Shown: piece after piece, positions 51,590 to 64,000 of the stretch
How positions within the stretch are numbered: position 1 is the stretch's first letter
Layout of the letters: every line of letters starts with the position of its first letter
NCBI RefSeq assembly: GCF_001194135.2
Contig: NC_068985.1
Span: forward strand, 31,232,513 to 31,296,512
Direction: 5' to 3'
Origin: Octopus bimaculoides
Taxonomy: Eukaryota
Length of the DNA stretch: 64,000 nt
Made by a program: the position numbers and the translations under genes
Notes under the pieces: generated by a model
Database searches by the model: none
What the model was told of the DNA's origin: nothing
Seen by the model: only the letters and a program-made list of their open reading frames with translations

Positions 51590-53620
51590 GAAGGAAATTC
51601 AGAGAGCTGCCACCTGTTAGGCCACAGAAGGCTTCTCCGAGTGAAAGGAGGATTTGTATTGATGCATGTATATGGACAGTAAATTCTACATGATAGCGAG
51701 GCATGAGCTCTGAATGCAGAAGACATAGGAAGGTTAGAAAGGAATGAGGCTAGTATACTCTACTGGATGTGTAATGTAAGCATACATGTTTGACAGTGTT
51801 AGTGTTCTGAGAAAAGTAAGGCATGAGAGGAATTAGTTCCTGTAAGAGTGAAGGCTTCACTGGATTGGTCATATATGATGTGGATGTGTTTCAATAGCTC
51901 CATAAAGTAGTGCCAATGTCTTAACCCTTTCGTTACCATATTTCTAACCAAATTACACCCCTTATGTGTTTCAATTAATTTCTAACATAATCATAAATTT
52001 AGTCTGGTTTCATTAAACAACTCTAACTTTTTTATTTATCAACATATTAATGTGATTTTTGGAAGATAAATTAACGAAAGGTTCTCAACCAATTCTATAC
52101 CAAAATTTTTGTCACAAAGTGACTTTAATTACAGGTAAGTTCAACAAAATATAAAATTATTTAAATTTTTGTTCAAACATCGCTATAGAAAATGGGTTAT
52201 TAGCTAATATTCAATTGGGTATACAACAAAATATTATTATAGAAGAGTTGTGCACATTACTGGATTTATNNNNNNNNNNNNNNNNNNNNNNNNNNNNNNN
52301 NNNNNNNNNNNNNNNNNNNNNNNNNNNNNNNNNNNNNNNNNNNNNNNNNNNNNNNNNNNNNNNNNNNNNNNNNNNNNNNNNNNNNNNNNNNNNNNNNNNN
52401 NNNNNNNNNNNNNNNNNNNNNNNNNNNNNNNNNNNNNNNNNNNNNNNNNNNNNNNNNNNNNNNNNNNNNNNNNNNNNNNNNNNNNNNNNNNNNNNNNNNN
52501 NNNNNNNNNNNNNNNNNNNNNNNNNNNNNNNNNNNNNNNNNNNNNNNNNNNNNNNNNNNNNNNNNNNNNNNNNNNNNNNNNNNNNNNNNNNNNNNNNNNN
52601 NNNNNNNNNNNNNNNNNNNNNNNNNNNNNNNNNNNNNNNNNNNNNNNNNNNNNNNNNNNNNNNNNNNNNNNNNNNNNNNNNNNNNNNNNNNNNNNNNNNN
52701 NNNNNNNNNNNNNNNNNNNNNNNNNNNNNNNNNNNNNNNNNNNNNNNNNNNNNNNNNNNNNNNNNNNNNNNNNNNNNNNNNNNNNNNNNNNNNNNNNNNN
52801 NNNNNNNNNNNNNNNNNNNNNNNNNNNNNNNNNNNNNNNNNNNNNNNNNNNNNNNNNNNNNNNNNNNNNNNNNNNNNNNNNNNNNNNNNNNNNNNNNNNN
52901 NNNNNNNNNNNNNNNNNNNNNNNNNNNNNNNNNNNNNNNNNNNNNNNNNNNNNNNNNNNNNNNNNNNNNNNNNNNNNNNNNNNNNNNNNNNNNNNNNNNN
53001 NNNNNNNNNNNNNNNNNNNNNNNNNNNNTTTATCACGGTCTTCAACGGAAAATCCTTCGAATTCTGACTGGCTGCTTCACAGAATAAAATTCGTATCCAT
53101 TTTTTTGTCAGGATTACAAATTTTGAACAAAAATCTCCCAAAATTAAAAAAAACATGTTGATCGTCGTACAAAACTATAGCTGAACTGTTTACACAAATA
53201 ATCACGTGTTTTCACGAATGTACTAACGAGATTTGCTCAGATATTCTCATTTAAATATGAATAGGTGATTTTGGGCGGCTTGGTCACATGAACCAAAATT
53301 TTTTCGGGCGGTTTGGTAACGAAAGGGTTAAAGTGGGTGGAAGACATGAGATGAAGAACTACCTCAGGATACTGAACCTTTCAGGTGAGATGACAAAGGA
53401 CTTAGATACCTGGCGCCTTGCCATACTTATGAAAACCTGTAATCTGCAGCAGAAATGTTAAGACCAATCCTACTGGTGGTGTGAAGTACTCGTACCGCAT
53501 AGTGTCCAGTACACTGGCGTTAGGAAGGGCAATGCCAAATCAGAGTGTAGTGCAGCTTGCCAAACTGTCCAACCCATGCCCACATGCACAACAGACATTG
53601 AAAGCAATAGAAATATCTTG
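51590..53620 (+). mobile_element. Decayed RTE 3' fragment split by the piggyBac-like element at 51925-53327
   Basis: RT C-terminal-like text continues across the TTAA site (aagtagtgccaatgtc-TTAA-agtgggtggaagacatgag), followed by an RTE-like tail. Confidence 0.6.
51925..53327. mobile_element. piggyBac-like non-autonomous element, same family as 17131-18302
   Basis: TTAA TSD and CCCTTTCGTTAC/GTAACGAAAGGG TIRs; flanks similar to the first copy. Confidence 0.85.
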
Positions 53621-53847
53621 CTGTATCTAAAACTTCAAAATGGGAGGCAAGCAATTGTCTCAACACTATTCTTATTCCATACCAGACACAAATGCATGGC
53701 TTTATAAGTGGTTGCAAACGGGTGCTTATCTATGCATCTTGGATACATGACTGAACCAGAAATACCAAGACCAATTGAAATATTTAATCCTGTATTGAAA
53801 AATATTTGGAATCCTGTTAACTGATATGTTCTATAGATAACCATTAA

Positions 53848-54020
53848 CCCTTCTTTAGCTTTTAAACTGGCCAGATCTAGCCTCTTACACCTACCCTACA
53901 ATGTCATTCTAAAAGTAAACACTCAACAATATCTTGCAGCTATGAGATAATGCATGATTAATTCAAAACAATATGAATAAATAATTATTACATTTGACAA
54001 AATATCTGAATGATAAAGGG
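53848..54020. mobile_element. piggyBac-like MITE; related one-ended copy at ~6139-6350
   Basis: TTAA-CCCTT...AAAGGG-TTAA; interior matches the 6139-6350 copy in reverse orientation. Confidence 0.6.
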
Positions 54021-54759
54021 TTAAAAACAATCACTGGGACTAATTGTTCAGATAAGCATAGGTGCAAGTGATTGAGAAGTTTGCTTCCCAGCAATGTAAA
54101 CTTGGGTTCAGTCTCATTGTAGCATCCTAAGCAAGTATCTTCTATAGTCTCAGGCCAGTCAATTCCTTGTGAAAAGGACTGGTAGGCAGAAGCTTGTGAA
54201 GAAATATTACCTTGCTTCAAAATAGTTGAGGGTTGGAGACGGAAAAACCTGTTGCAAACTCCATCCGACCCACGAAAAATAGACTGCATAATTAAACTGG
54301 CCCAAATTATTCTCTCATTACCAAATTGGCTTCTTATACTTGACTTATGATATTGCAAGTAAATCATGTCAATGAAATCTCATAGCTGTAAGATCATGAA
54401 AGGAAAAACCATTTCTGTATGAATACCATGAAATTTTTTATCCACTATTTGAAGTAGTTTCTTTATAATGATCAATATGGCAGCAATTCTGACTTATGTA
54501 CAAAAGTCAGGAAAGTGAACATACGAGTCATGATATACATGTGCATGTATAGGTTTGCAGTAAAAACAATTAAATAGAGGTTTGAGCTTTGGGAAGTAGA
54601 TTGTTTTGTGGATCAGTATCTTTAGTAACATCAGCAATAGCAAATGGGGGAGGGGTAGTTATAAGGTATGGTGACCTTAAGATATCTAGTATAATGGCCC
54701 AAACCAGCTATTTGAAATCGATATCTGCACCCAAGTGATACTTTTAATGCTCCCAGCAG

Positions 54760-55260
54760 GAATGCACTATTACTACAACCCTCTATACAAAGTGTGCTCA
54801 ATGTTGGACTTGCTATCTGAAAAATTAGAAACTATTTTCCAGGACAAAATCTGTCATGATGAAGCAATAATTTCTAGCAAAACATGACAGTTAAACTCAC
54901 CAGTTAGGGCATGGTGGTATAAGAGGTCCAAAATTCACCAGCTACTGTGCAAACTTTTGATGCTTGCACTGAGATAAGTAGAGATGAAATGGATTGGGGT
55001 CAACACAAACATTTGTATTTTGACTTATTTTTGTTTTACAGTGGTTTTGGCAGAACGTTTTTGTAAACATTTGCAGTAGGTGTAAAGGGTTACACCAAAA
55101 AAAAAAATAAAGTTTACAAAATAATAAAAAGACATGGGTGGAGACGGCAAGTTGCAAGTTACCTTGTACAAGGACAAACAGCAAATGTTGCTCTTGTCTA
55201 CCACTCAAAAAACAGGTGTTGGTACTGAAGGTAAACTCAATCATATAATAAACAAATGGG
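54760..55260 (+). pseudogene. Highly decayed piggyBac transposase fragment
   Basis: Patchy translation PLYKVCSMLDLL..KL, ICHDEAII, GQHKHLY, LAERF..AVGV, KDKQQMLLLST resembles PGBD catalytic-core segments. Confidence 0.5.
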
Positions 55261-56429
55261 GCAATGTCAAATCAAACCATTGTTATGCTATCCAGTGAAA
55301 TATCCAGGAAGAAAATGATATATCTTATGGGATTTTAGTAAACTTAATCTGTAAATTCTTTTATTGTGTACGTGAAAATCAGCAAGGTATCACCATCAAA
55401 AGACTGCAATCAGAAATTTCCTATTGACATTACGTTTCAGTTACAGTGGGTTGGTGGAGGCTATTCTCCATGAAAGCACAGGAATGAGAGAAAAGCAAAA
55501 TTAACTGAAATGAATGTAAACAGAAAATATCAACTTCCACATGTTTGAAAAGATAAATGGTAGAAAAGGGGGGGAAAAAGGCATCAAGGCGAAACCTATT
55601 TTACATGTTCCTTTTGTAATGTGTCTTTGTATAAAGGATGCTTTATGACAGTATAGTATATTGTCTATAACGGAAATGCAATTATATATTCTTGGTATTT
55701 GAATATAAACAATGTGCATAAATGGGAAATTACTAATTTTCTTGTTAAGCTTTATTATTAGGAACTGCTGGTTTGGTCATGTGATGCAAATGGATGAGGA
55801 CAGCTGCATAAAGAAATGCTAAGCTTGTTGGAGGGGTAGACCCCAGAGGACAGAATGCTAAAAAGGATCTTTGGATACTGGGCCTCACTTAGATGACTGG
55901 TAATTGTGGTGGTTGCATCAAACTAAGTAAAATTGCTGACATCCGTACATACAGGCCTATTCTCTACAGGTGCCAGTGCTCCATAAACACACCAGTGGCA
56001 TGGAAAAAGCACCCAGCAAACTGTAAAGTAGTTGGTATTAGGAAGAGCATCCATACCACAAACAATTGGAATCTAGACAGCTCCCTGGCTGTCCAGCTGC
56101 TGTCAGACTGCAACTCATGCCAGTATGGAAAACACATTAAATGATGATGTAAATGTACCTTATTGTGTAAGGATGCAGAGCCAACGGTTGGCTAGTGAAA
56201 GAGTTTTATACGTTCTTTTCAATGAAAACAGAAAAAGAAAAATCTTATACTGATTATGCTGTCATTTTAATTCAAATCAGTGTAACTGAAAAATAAGTAA
56301 GGATTAGTTACACTAAGAGCATCAAACTAAAAATATATGCCTGAATTATCCACCCATGCTAGCATGTAAAAATGGTAAAATAATCGAATAATATCTAATT
56401 AGATTTGATGCTCACTACATTAACACCAG

Positions 56430-56471
<42 letters not shown>

Positions 56472-56766
56472 AAACTGGTGTATCTGCATTTGAAATTATC
56501 AGTTAAAAACCATTTCAAATGAGATGGATTTCACAGCGAATTCTTAAGCTTTCAATGAGCCGTCTCAATTCATATCTCAGGAAAAGCTGCAATATTTATC
56601 ATTTTACCAAAACACATTTAATAACAGATAAATGAAATGGCTTCTCAGAAAAATTTTATGCAAAATATAATGAACACTTTATTTTTCACAAAGTAGTGAA
56701 TTAGTGCTAAATTCAGTCATGTGCAAGTGTGTCTCTACAACTACAACTGCTGTAGTTGTAACAACT

Positions 56767-59700
56767 TCAACTTTCAAACTCCTTGGGTGCAAACCTCTTG
56801 GCACTTTCTACAGTGTTCTGAAGCAGCATAGCCACAGTCATGGGACCAACACCCCCTGGAACTGGTGTAATCCAAGAGGCAACTTCTTTAGCTCCACCAA
56901 AATCAACATCACCAACAAGTCTCTTTCCGCTTTTCTTTGTCTCATCTGTAAAACAAGAAAACATACAGACAATTTGATCTAAATAGTTATTCACTGCATT
57001 GTATAATTATATGATACTGAAACCTTATCAACTTTTCTCTTAGAAAATATCAATTAACAGTTTCTTTAACTATCTTGTCAAACACTATACAACTTCAAAA
57101 TATGCCAATATAAAAATCACCCCTTTACCCGCCTTATGTTGGACTAATAAAATGGGGTAATTCTGGCAAAACATCAGTGCTCCAGTGTCTGTTTTGCATG
57201 TATGTAGGTGTACGTTCTCAATTCCAATTATTTTACAGCATATGCTGGATACTTTTCTATATGAACATCACTAGTTTGGCCATCATGCAGCTCGCAAGAC
57301 CATGAATCCTGAATCTAGAGAAGAGGAACTTTATACTAGAATAAGGAGTAGAGAGGAATAAAATGTGTGGGCAGAGCAGAACAAATTCCTTGCTGTAGAG
57401 GAGCAACATGACGACTTGCATTTTGAAGAGACAGGGGTAAAGTTGAAAAGAGAGGGTAATGTAGAAAATAAAACTTGATTTTGCATCAACAAGTGACATT
57501 GCAACTGTCTCTTTAAAATGTATATATACATGAATGTTATACAAATGATCCAGCTGAAGTAAATATGAAGGTATTTCACTAACCTGGGATAGAATTAATT
57601 CCACAATCAACAACAACTGCACCAGGCTTAATCCAATCTGACTTGACAAATTCTGGTCTTCCTATAGCTACCACAAGTATGTCAGCTGTTCTTACCTGTA
57701 CAATATTTTTAGTTTAATTAGCAAATGAATATCTATTAGAGATAATGTTTACAATTAATCAAATATGTCAAATGCATAATTAGGTGTCTGTTTATAGCTT
57801 TAGAAAAGGGAAAGATAGGTAGTGTTAGATCTATTCAAATCTTTTCCAAAAGTAGATAGCAGTTTAAGTGAAGAGAAAAAGCTACAAGATGGTGACAAAA
57901 CAAGCTTATCTCTTACTTTACATTACAAGTCTGTAAATTAAATATAGTAAAATAATTTAACAGTTTAGACATTTGTTTATAGCTACAAATATATATACAT
58001 TGCTCAGAAATGCATATTTCTTTTTAACTATGCTAACTTGTGGTATGTGTAATAGTAAAAACTCGTTATAGATGATGTCTACTTTTGTTTCTAATGAAAA
58101 AAAAAAATCACACCAATTTTTTTTTACATAAACAGAAGAATATTTTAAAATCAGAGTCAGTACACAATTTAAAATTGTAAAAAAAATATTAATTCTAGAC
58201 ATGTGAAAAAAAAAGAAATTTTATCAGCAACATTGCAACCAGTACAAAATCAAGTAAATAATAAGTAACATCATTAATTCATGAAAGCAATGTAGAAGTG
58301 TGTGCTTCAAAGAAGTTTTCAACATAGAGATATTTAATCTAGTAATTCATGCAAACATCTATTATCAATAACAATAGTTGTTGTTTATATCTAAATCAGT
58401 TCTCTGATCAAAGGTGTTTCAATCATGACCATGTCTTTTGTTTTTTTTAAAGAATGTATCGAAGACTACATTCTCCAATGTCTTTCATTTCTCTAAGACA
58501 GAAAGGTGTGATTTGAAGAATATTTGACCACATATAGCCACTCTTATAATAACAGTATTTTGTAATACTGTCATCATTATATTATTACATAATAGCTTAC
58601 ATAAAACACATTTTACATAAGCAGTTCAGATATATAGAGAAGTAGTGGAAGAAATAAAGATTAATTAGCATGTAATTTTCTTAAAGGTAGCAGCAATGTA
58701 AAAATGGCTCATTTTCCATATAGAATACTTTTAGGTTCACTAAACTTGGAAGTAAAAGTATTCTTTAATAATTAGTTCATCATAAATAAGCACACTGAGT
58801 AATTTATCTTAGCCAAAATGCAAGAAACTAGTTGCATAAAGCAATTCAATACATTATCTTTACAGACAACAATGCAATAATACAAAATATGCAACTTTAG
58901 ATAATTGCAAAATGTAATGCTAAACTGCAGAGTAATACAGAAGATAAAAATCTTATGAATTAATCAAGCTTCTACTGAGGAGTGAGTTGACAGAAAAAGT
59001 AAAGTATTCAGTTTCACTTATTATCACTGCAAATATCTTGATCTATGCATTGTAAGGTTAACCCAACCCACACAAGTAATGAGAAATGCCAAGTAAACAT
59101 CCAATAAGAATTACATATGTAACACAAAGATATACTTACCACAGCTGGCAGATCAACAGTCTTTGAGTGACAAACTGTAACAGTAGCATGGTTCCATAAT
59201 AACAAATTGGACATGGGAGCACCGACTATTTTGCTTCGACCTAATACAACAGCAGTTTTACCACTAACTGGCACCCCTAGTGGAATAGATTCAATACAGC
59301 TAGAGTTCAGAAAATTTATTAATACTTTATTTAACAAATATCTAATATTTATTAACTCCTTTCTTGCCATATTTCTGTTGAAATACACTGCCATTGTTTC
59401 AAACAATTTCAAACATAATGAAGAATTTAGTAAAGTAACTTTGCCAGTCATTATCAAACTGGTGTTTGGAACATATATTAAATTTGAAATTTAAATGGAA
59501 AGCTTAAACTGGGAGTTTGTATCAAAGAACCAGGAGCAGTCTCAGACAGGTAGGTATCAAAAAGGTTAAATAATATTTATCAAATAAACTTTACCTTTTA
59601 AATGATAAAAGAGATGACAACTCAATAGAAATATGGGTGATGCATGAATTCAGACATAGCTGTGTGGTTAAGTTTTCTTCCAAATCATATGGTTCTGGAT

Positions 59701-62700
59701 TTACCTTCACTGTAATACCTAGAGAAGGTGTCTTTTATTGAACCTTGGGTAACTAACAAGGTCATCATTTATTGTTGTTTCCTGTATTGCATTGTACTCC
59801 TACCAAAAACAACCCAGTTACCAAATAAAAGCCTAATAACCGAGTACTGCTTTGTTAAATTGTAGTGATGAGCTCAGCTCTTTCTTAGAGGTATGGAGAA
59901 GGTAACAGGAAAACTATGCTCATGTTTTTTCTCTTGAATTATGTAAGGCCAAATGGCATATCAATAAGGCATCAAGTTATGCTGCCACCATCTACATTCC
60001 TAATGCTTGTATGTATCAGACAGAAGTTTTTGAGGCAGATTTTCTTATTACTAAGTAAGGTAACATTCCCCATGACCAGACATGCTTCCACGGAAGACTG
60101 GAAATGAAGGACACTACTTGTATGACAGTGACACCCATTTACAACAACTTGATGTGGAGACAAGGAGATATCACACACACACATGATGAGCTTCTGTCAG
60201 CCAAATCCACTCACAAGGCTTTGGTCAGCTCAGGGCTGTAGCAGAAGACACTTGCCCGAGCTACCGCACAGTGGGACTGAACCCAAGACCATGTGGTTGG
60301 GAAGCAAACTTCTACCACACAACTATGCCTGTAAATAAAATATATAATCAAGTTTACTATCACAAACAAACAGTTGCTAGGTAGATACAATGTAATAGCT
60401 AGGTGCTATGTTTGCATCAATAAAGTGAATCAGTTATACTAATTTATAGAGATTAGCCTCCAACGTTACAAAGCTAATTTAGAAAAAATCCAAATATTAA
60501 ATTATAAGAATACAACATTGTAATATGATTAATCCCTAGTGTGTATATCTACTATTATACCTACATGTACTTGTTACAACTACAAGTATTTATGATTAGT
60601 TTTTAAAAAAGAAGAATGAAATTAAATCTATTTTAAAAAGGTCACAAGTAACTGCAATGGTGTTAACAGGAAATGTAAAGTTTAAATCTGTGTTTGGAAA
60701 ACAATCTGGGACATATAATAATGTTGTAGAGTAAAAGGTTTAGCAAAATTTGGTAATTACGTAATACCATGAGAATAAAGATGAGCTCCTAGAGATGATA
60801 ACATCTCATGATAATGATGGTAGATAAAAAATAGAAGTAAAACTATACCTGATTTTTTGATTAATTCTAAACATCCCCGTGGAGTACAGGGAATAATACA
60901 GTTACTGAGGTCACCAACAGTTAACTTTCCAGCATTTTCTGAATGCAAACTACAAAGAATACAAATTCAATTTTCAATGGATCTATGAAGTTTTGTTAGA
61001 AAACAATAACACATTTAGATAGACAAATATATACAAGCAAGATAATAACCATAATTTTATTTAATAAACATATCATGGGTTATTAGTTAACTGACTAGCA
61101 GTTTAATAGCATGGTAGTGTATGTTGAAAATACATGCATGTGCATATCACATCAAGCAGCAACTGTTTATTTTTTATACAGATCCAGACGAACTCTAAAA
61201 AAGTCATTTCTTATCGGATGTGGCGTGCAAGAGAGACGTTTGCGCTGGTATGGTCATGTACTACTGACAGATGAGGAGAGCTGTGTGAAGAAGTGCCACT
61301 CCCAAACAGTTGAAGGAATCTGGGGTAGAAGTAGACCCAGGAAGACATAGGATGAGGTGGTGAAGCATGACCTTCGAACGTTGGGCCTCACAGAGACAAT
61401 GACAAATGACCGAGATCTCTGGAGATATGCTGTGACTGCTGCGGGGACCCGGTAAATAAAGTGAGTTCACAGCTGTATCCTAAACCAGTTTCGCATAACC
61501 AGCCCAAGCCTATTCAAAAGTACCTTGAATCGTAGGGCGACCTGCTGTGCTTAAAGAGACCAATTGCGTCAAGTACATCAACATCAAAATGGAAATTGTA
61601 GTTGTGATAACCATGCCGGTGGCATGTAAAATGTACCATCCAAACATAGTCGATGCCAGTGTCACCTTGACTGGCTTCCGTGCTGGTGGCACGTAAAAGC
61701 ACCCACTACACTCACGGAATGGTTGGCGTTAGGAAAGACATCCAGCTGTAGAAACACTGCCAGATCAGACTGGAGCCTGGTGCAGCCTCNNNNNNNNNNG
61801 AAACACTGCCAGATCAGACTGGAGCCTGGTGCAGCCTCCTGGCTTCCCAGACCCCAGTCAAACTGTCCAACCCATGCTAGCATGGAAAACGGACGTTAAA
61901 CGATAATGATGAATAAAGTGATCAAGCTTCATGGGATTTTATATACTAGTGTTTGGTTCAACCATAATGGGGCTGGCATAATAAGATATCTTCCATGATC
62001 CACCAGTGTAGTTGCTTGAAACACTTAGAAAACGGAAAAGTTTTTCGCAGGCCATGAGAACTGAGTATATTGTCACCATATAAATGAGCCTTTTGTTTAT
62101 AAAGATTGAACATATCAAGAAGCACAGATGTGCTGTCACGGTGAACTGCAAGCAAATGTCATTGTCTGTATGGACAAAGTGAGCCTTGTTTATGATCAGT
62201 GAACACATGTGAAGATGAGAGGAAATACAAATCACTCCCACAAATACACACACGTGTGTGTGTGTGTGTGTAAAGGAGGTGTCCAAGACAGAAGCAATTT
62301 CAGATCCTGAACCAGGATCACTCTCAACACTCTTTCATATCTGCTGTTGATGCTGGCCCCAACACATTTGTCTTCCTCTCACTATGTGCCTCTGATCTCT
62401 ATCTCTATCCCTATACATCTCCCTCTCTCCTATTTCCACCCTTCACTCCCACCTTCCTATTTTCTGATCTATTTACAGGTTTATTATATTTTTGTCCTCC
62501 AACATGCCACTTATCTACTCCATCCTGAGCAATTTTACTCCCCTCTATTAGATATTTCCCATCAACCACACTTTCACCCTTGTATATCACTCACTACATC
62601 TCTATCTGCCACTCTTTTCACATTATGAATTTATCCCCCCATTCTTCCCTATCCACAGTTCATATTCTCTTTTGTACCCATCTCCTTGTATCTTGAAAGT

Positions 62701-63373
62701 ACACACTGATACCTTGTTACCAACATCCTTATATTCTTTCCTGCTATTCCCATCTACTTGTATAATGCAACATAACCCCATATGTCTTCTACACCAAAAC
62801 ATTTATGTGAGTTCCTCTATCATACTCTAGCTTCACAACACCTGGCATAAAACCACCTCTTCTTTTACTACAAGCCCACTTAGTTGCAGAGACTCCTCTT
62901 TTTGAAAAAAGCTTCCAGTATACTTTGTGAAGTGGTTGGTGCTTGAAAGGGCATCCAACTGTAGAAGCCATACCAAAGCAGATGTTGGAGCTTTATGCAG
63001 TCTTCTGGTTTATTGGATCTTGTTAAATCAAACAACCCATGCCAGCATGGAAGGTAGGTATTAAATGATAACGAAGGATATAATACAGCAGGCTTCTTCC
63101 AGTTTCTGTCTACCCAATTCACTTACAAGGCTTTTGTTGGCCAGGAGCCATAGAAGAAGGCACTTGTCAGAGTTGCCAAGCAGTGGGTATATAGTTGGGA
63201 AGAAAACTTCTATACCACACACAGAGATACATCTGTCTTCCAAGTTCAACAAACTTCAAAAGGAAATGTTTCCTATAAAAAATATTTTGGCATTACCCAT
63301 CAACATCTTTGGAAGGAATTATAGAATTGGTGACAAGATGAGAATCAATTTCATGTTCAGATTCCATTGGTAG
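56767..63373 (-). CDS. MTHFD1: MTHFD1-type methylenetetrahydrofolate dehydrogenase/cyclohydrolase, 5' part beyond the window end
   Basis: Exons (minus) 63297-63373, 60849-60949, 59140-59276, 57584-57695, 56767-56945, all GT-AG and in phase: [129 protein letters not shown]. These match MTHFD1 rather than MTHFD2 as I recall the sequences. Confidence 0.9.
61210..61910 (+). mobile_element. 5'-truncated RTE LINE
   Basis: [14 protein letters not shown]...[21 protein letters not shown] followed by the RTE 3' UTR and gataatgatg tail. Confidence 0.85.
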
Positions 63374-63603
63374 CTAGAGAGAGAAAGAGAAACAAAGAAA
63401 AATAGTTAATAAAAACAAAGTAAAATGCCTGAATCTTTTTTTAACAGAGAATCTTCAGAATGTAAATTCAAGTTAACCCTTTTAAAATGGTTGACGTAAA
63501 TTTACGCATGCAATGTACATACTTTAAATCGGTTGACGTAATTATATGCTGCCCGAGTTACTACTGGTCCACCTGCCAACTGATAGGTCAATTAGATGTT
63601 TCT

Positions 63604-63975
63604 TGTAGTGACGTCATTTGGCGCCAAAATACAGTCGCCATTACTGCGTTTTCATCTACGCATGCGCAGGGAATAGTTCCGGAAGGAACACAGGAAGAGT
63701 CCGATGCGCATGCGTGGAATTCAACATCTGAGGCGTTCCCGCTCAATTCATTCTCTTTCTCGGCCGGCCGGCCATGAGCATGGACGGGTCAAGCTGTCTC
63801 TCCAGCATTCCAACTATGGGGACAGCTCATTCCAACATCTCAGCAACCATGCCTATTTCCTCGGTAAATAAATATTGTTGTGTTGATAGTTCAGAGTCGC
63901 GTTTCGTTGCTTTTATTCCGAATTTAATATAGGAAAGCAGGTGTACACCTAATGGTGTATAACCACTTTCCTAAA
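63604..63975 (+). mobile_element. Diverged LTR of the same family as 35944-39061, in an MTHFD1 intron
   Basis: Starts TGTAGTGACG; shares cgcatgcgca...ggaaggaacacaggaagag, aataaatattgttgtgttgatagttcaga and tacacctaatggtgtataaccactttcc; no matching TSD seen. Confidence 0.85.
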
Positions 63976-64000
63976 GGCTAGTCCTGCCACTCCAGCTCTG

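Noticed and set aside
23204-63373. Clustering of FBL, RPS25 and MTHFD1 as a methylation/ribosome module
   Set aside because: No shared regulatory structure is visible, and neighbouring housekeeping genes are expected by chance.

Overview
AT-rich, repeat-dense eukaryotic scaffold with several N gaps; the repeat families suggest a cephalopod, most likely Octopus (inference). Four intron-containing genes were reconstructed by hand from GT-AG sites with consistent exon phases: the 3' part of an IkappaB-family ankyrin-repeat gene (+, 1.8-12.1 kb), a complete fibrillarin (FBL, -, 23.2-33.2 kb), a complete RPS25 (+, 44.8-51.3 kb) and the 3' part of an MTHFD1-type dehydrogenase/cyclohydrolase gene (-, 56.8-63.4 kb) that seems to stop before any synthetase domain. 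The rest is mobile DNA: RTE LINEs and tails, tRNA-derived CORE-type SINEs, maT/mariner/Tc1 and piggyBac-like elements, Ty3/Gypsy LTR elements and a Penelope GIY-YIG remnant. The most notable unannotated signals are four type I hammerhead-ribozyme folds tied to Penelope-like repeats (one with an intact catalytic core) and a non-autonomous LTR element whose leader carries four tandem LTR-end/tRNA-Trp primer-binding-site junctions. Most entries in the ORF track are spurious or gap artefacts.
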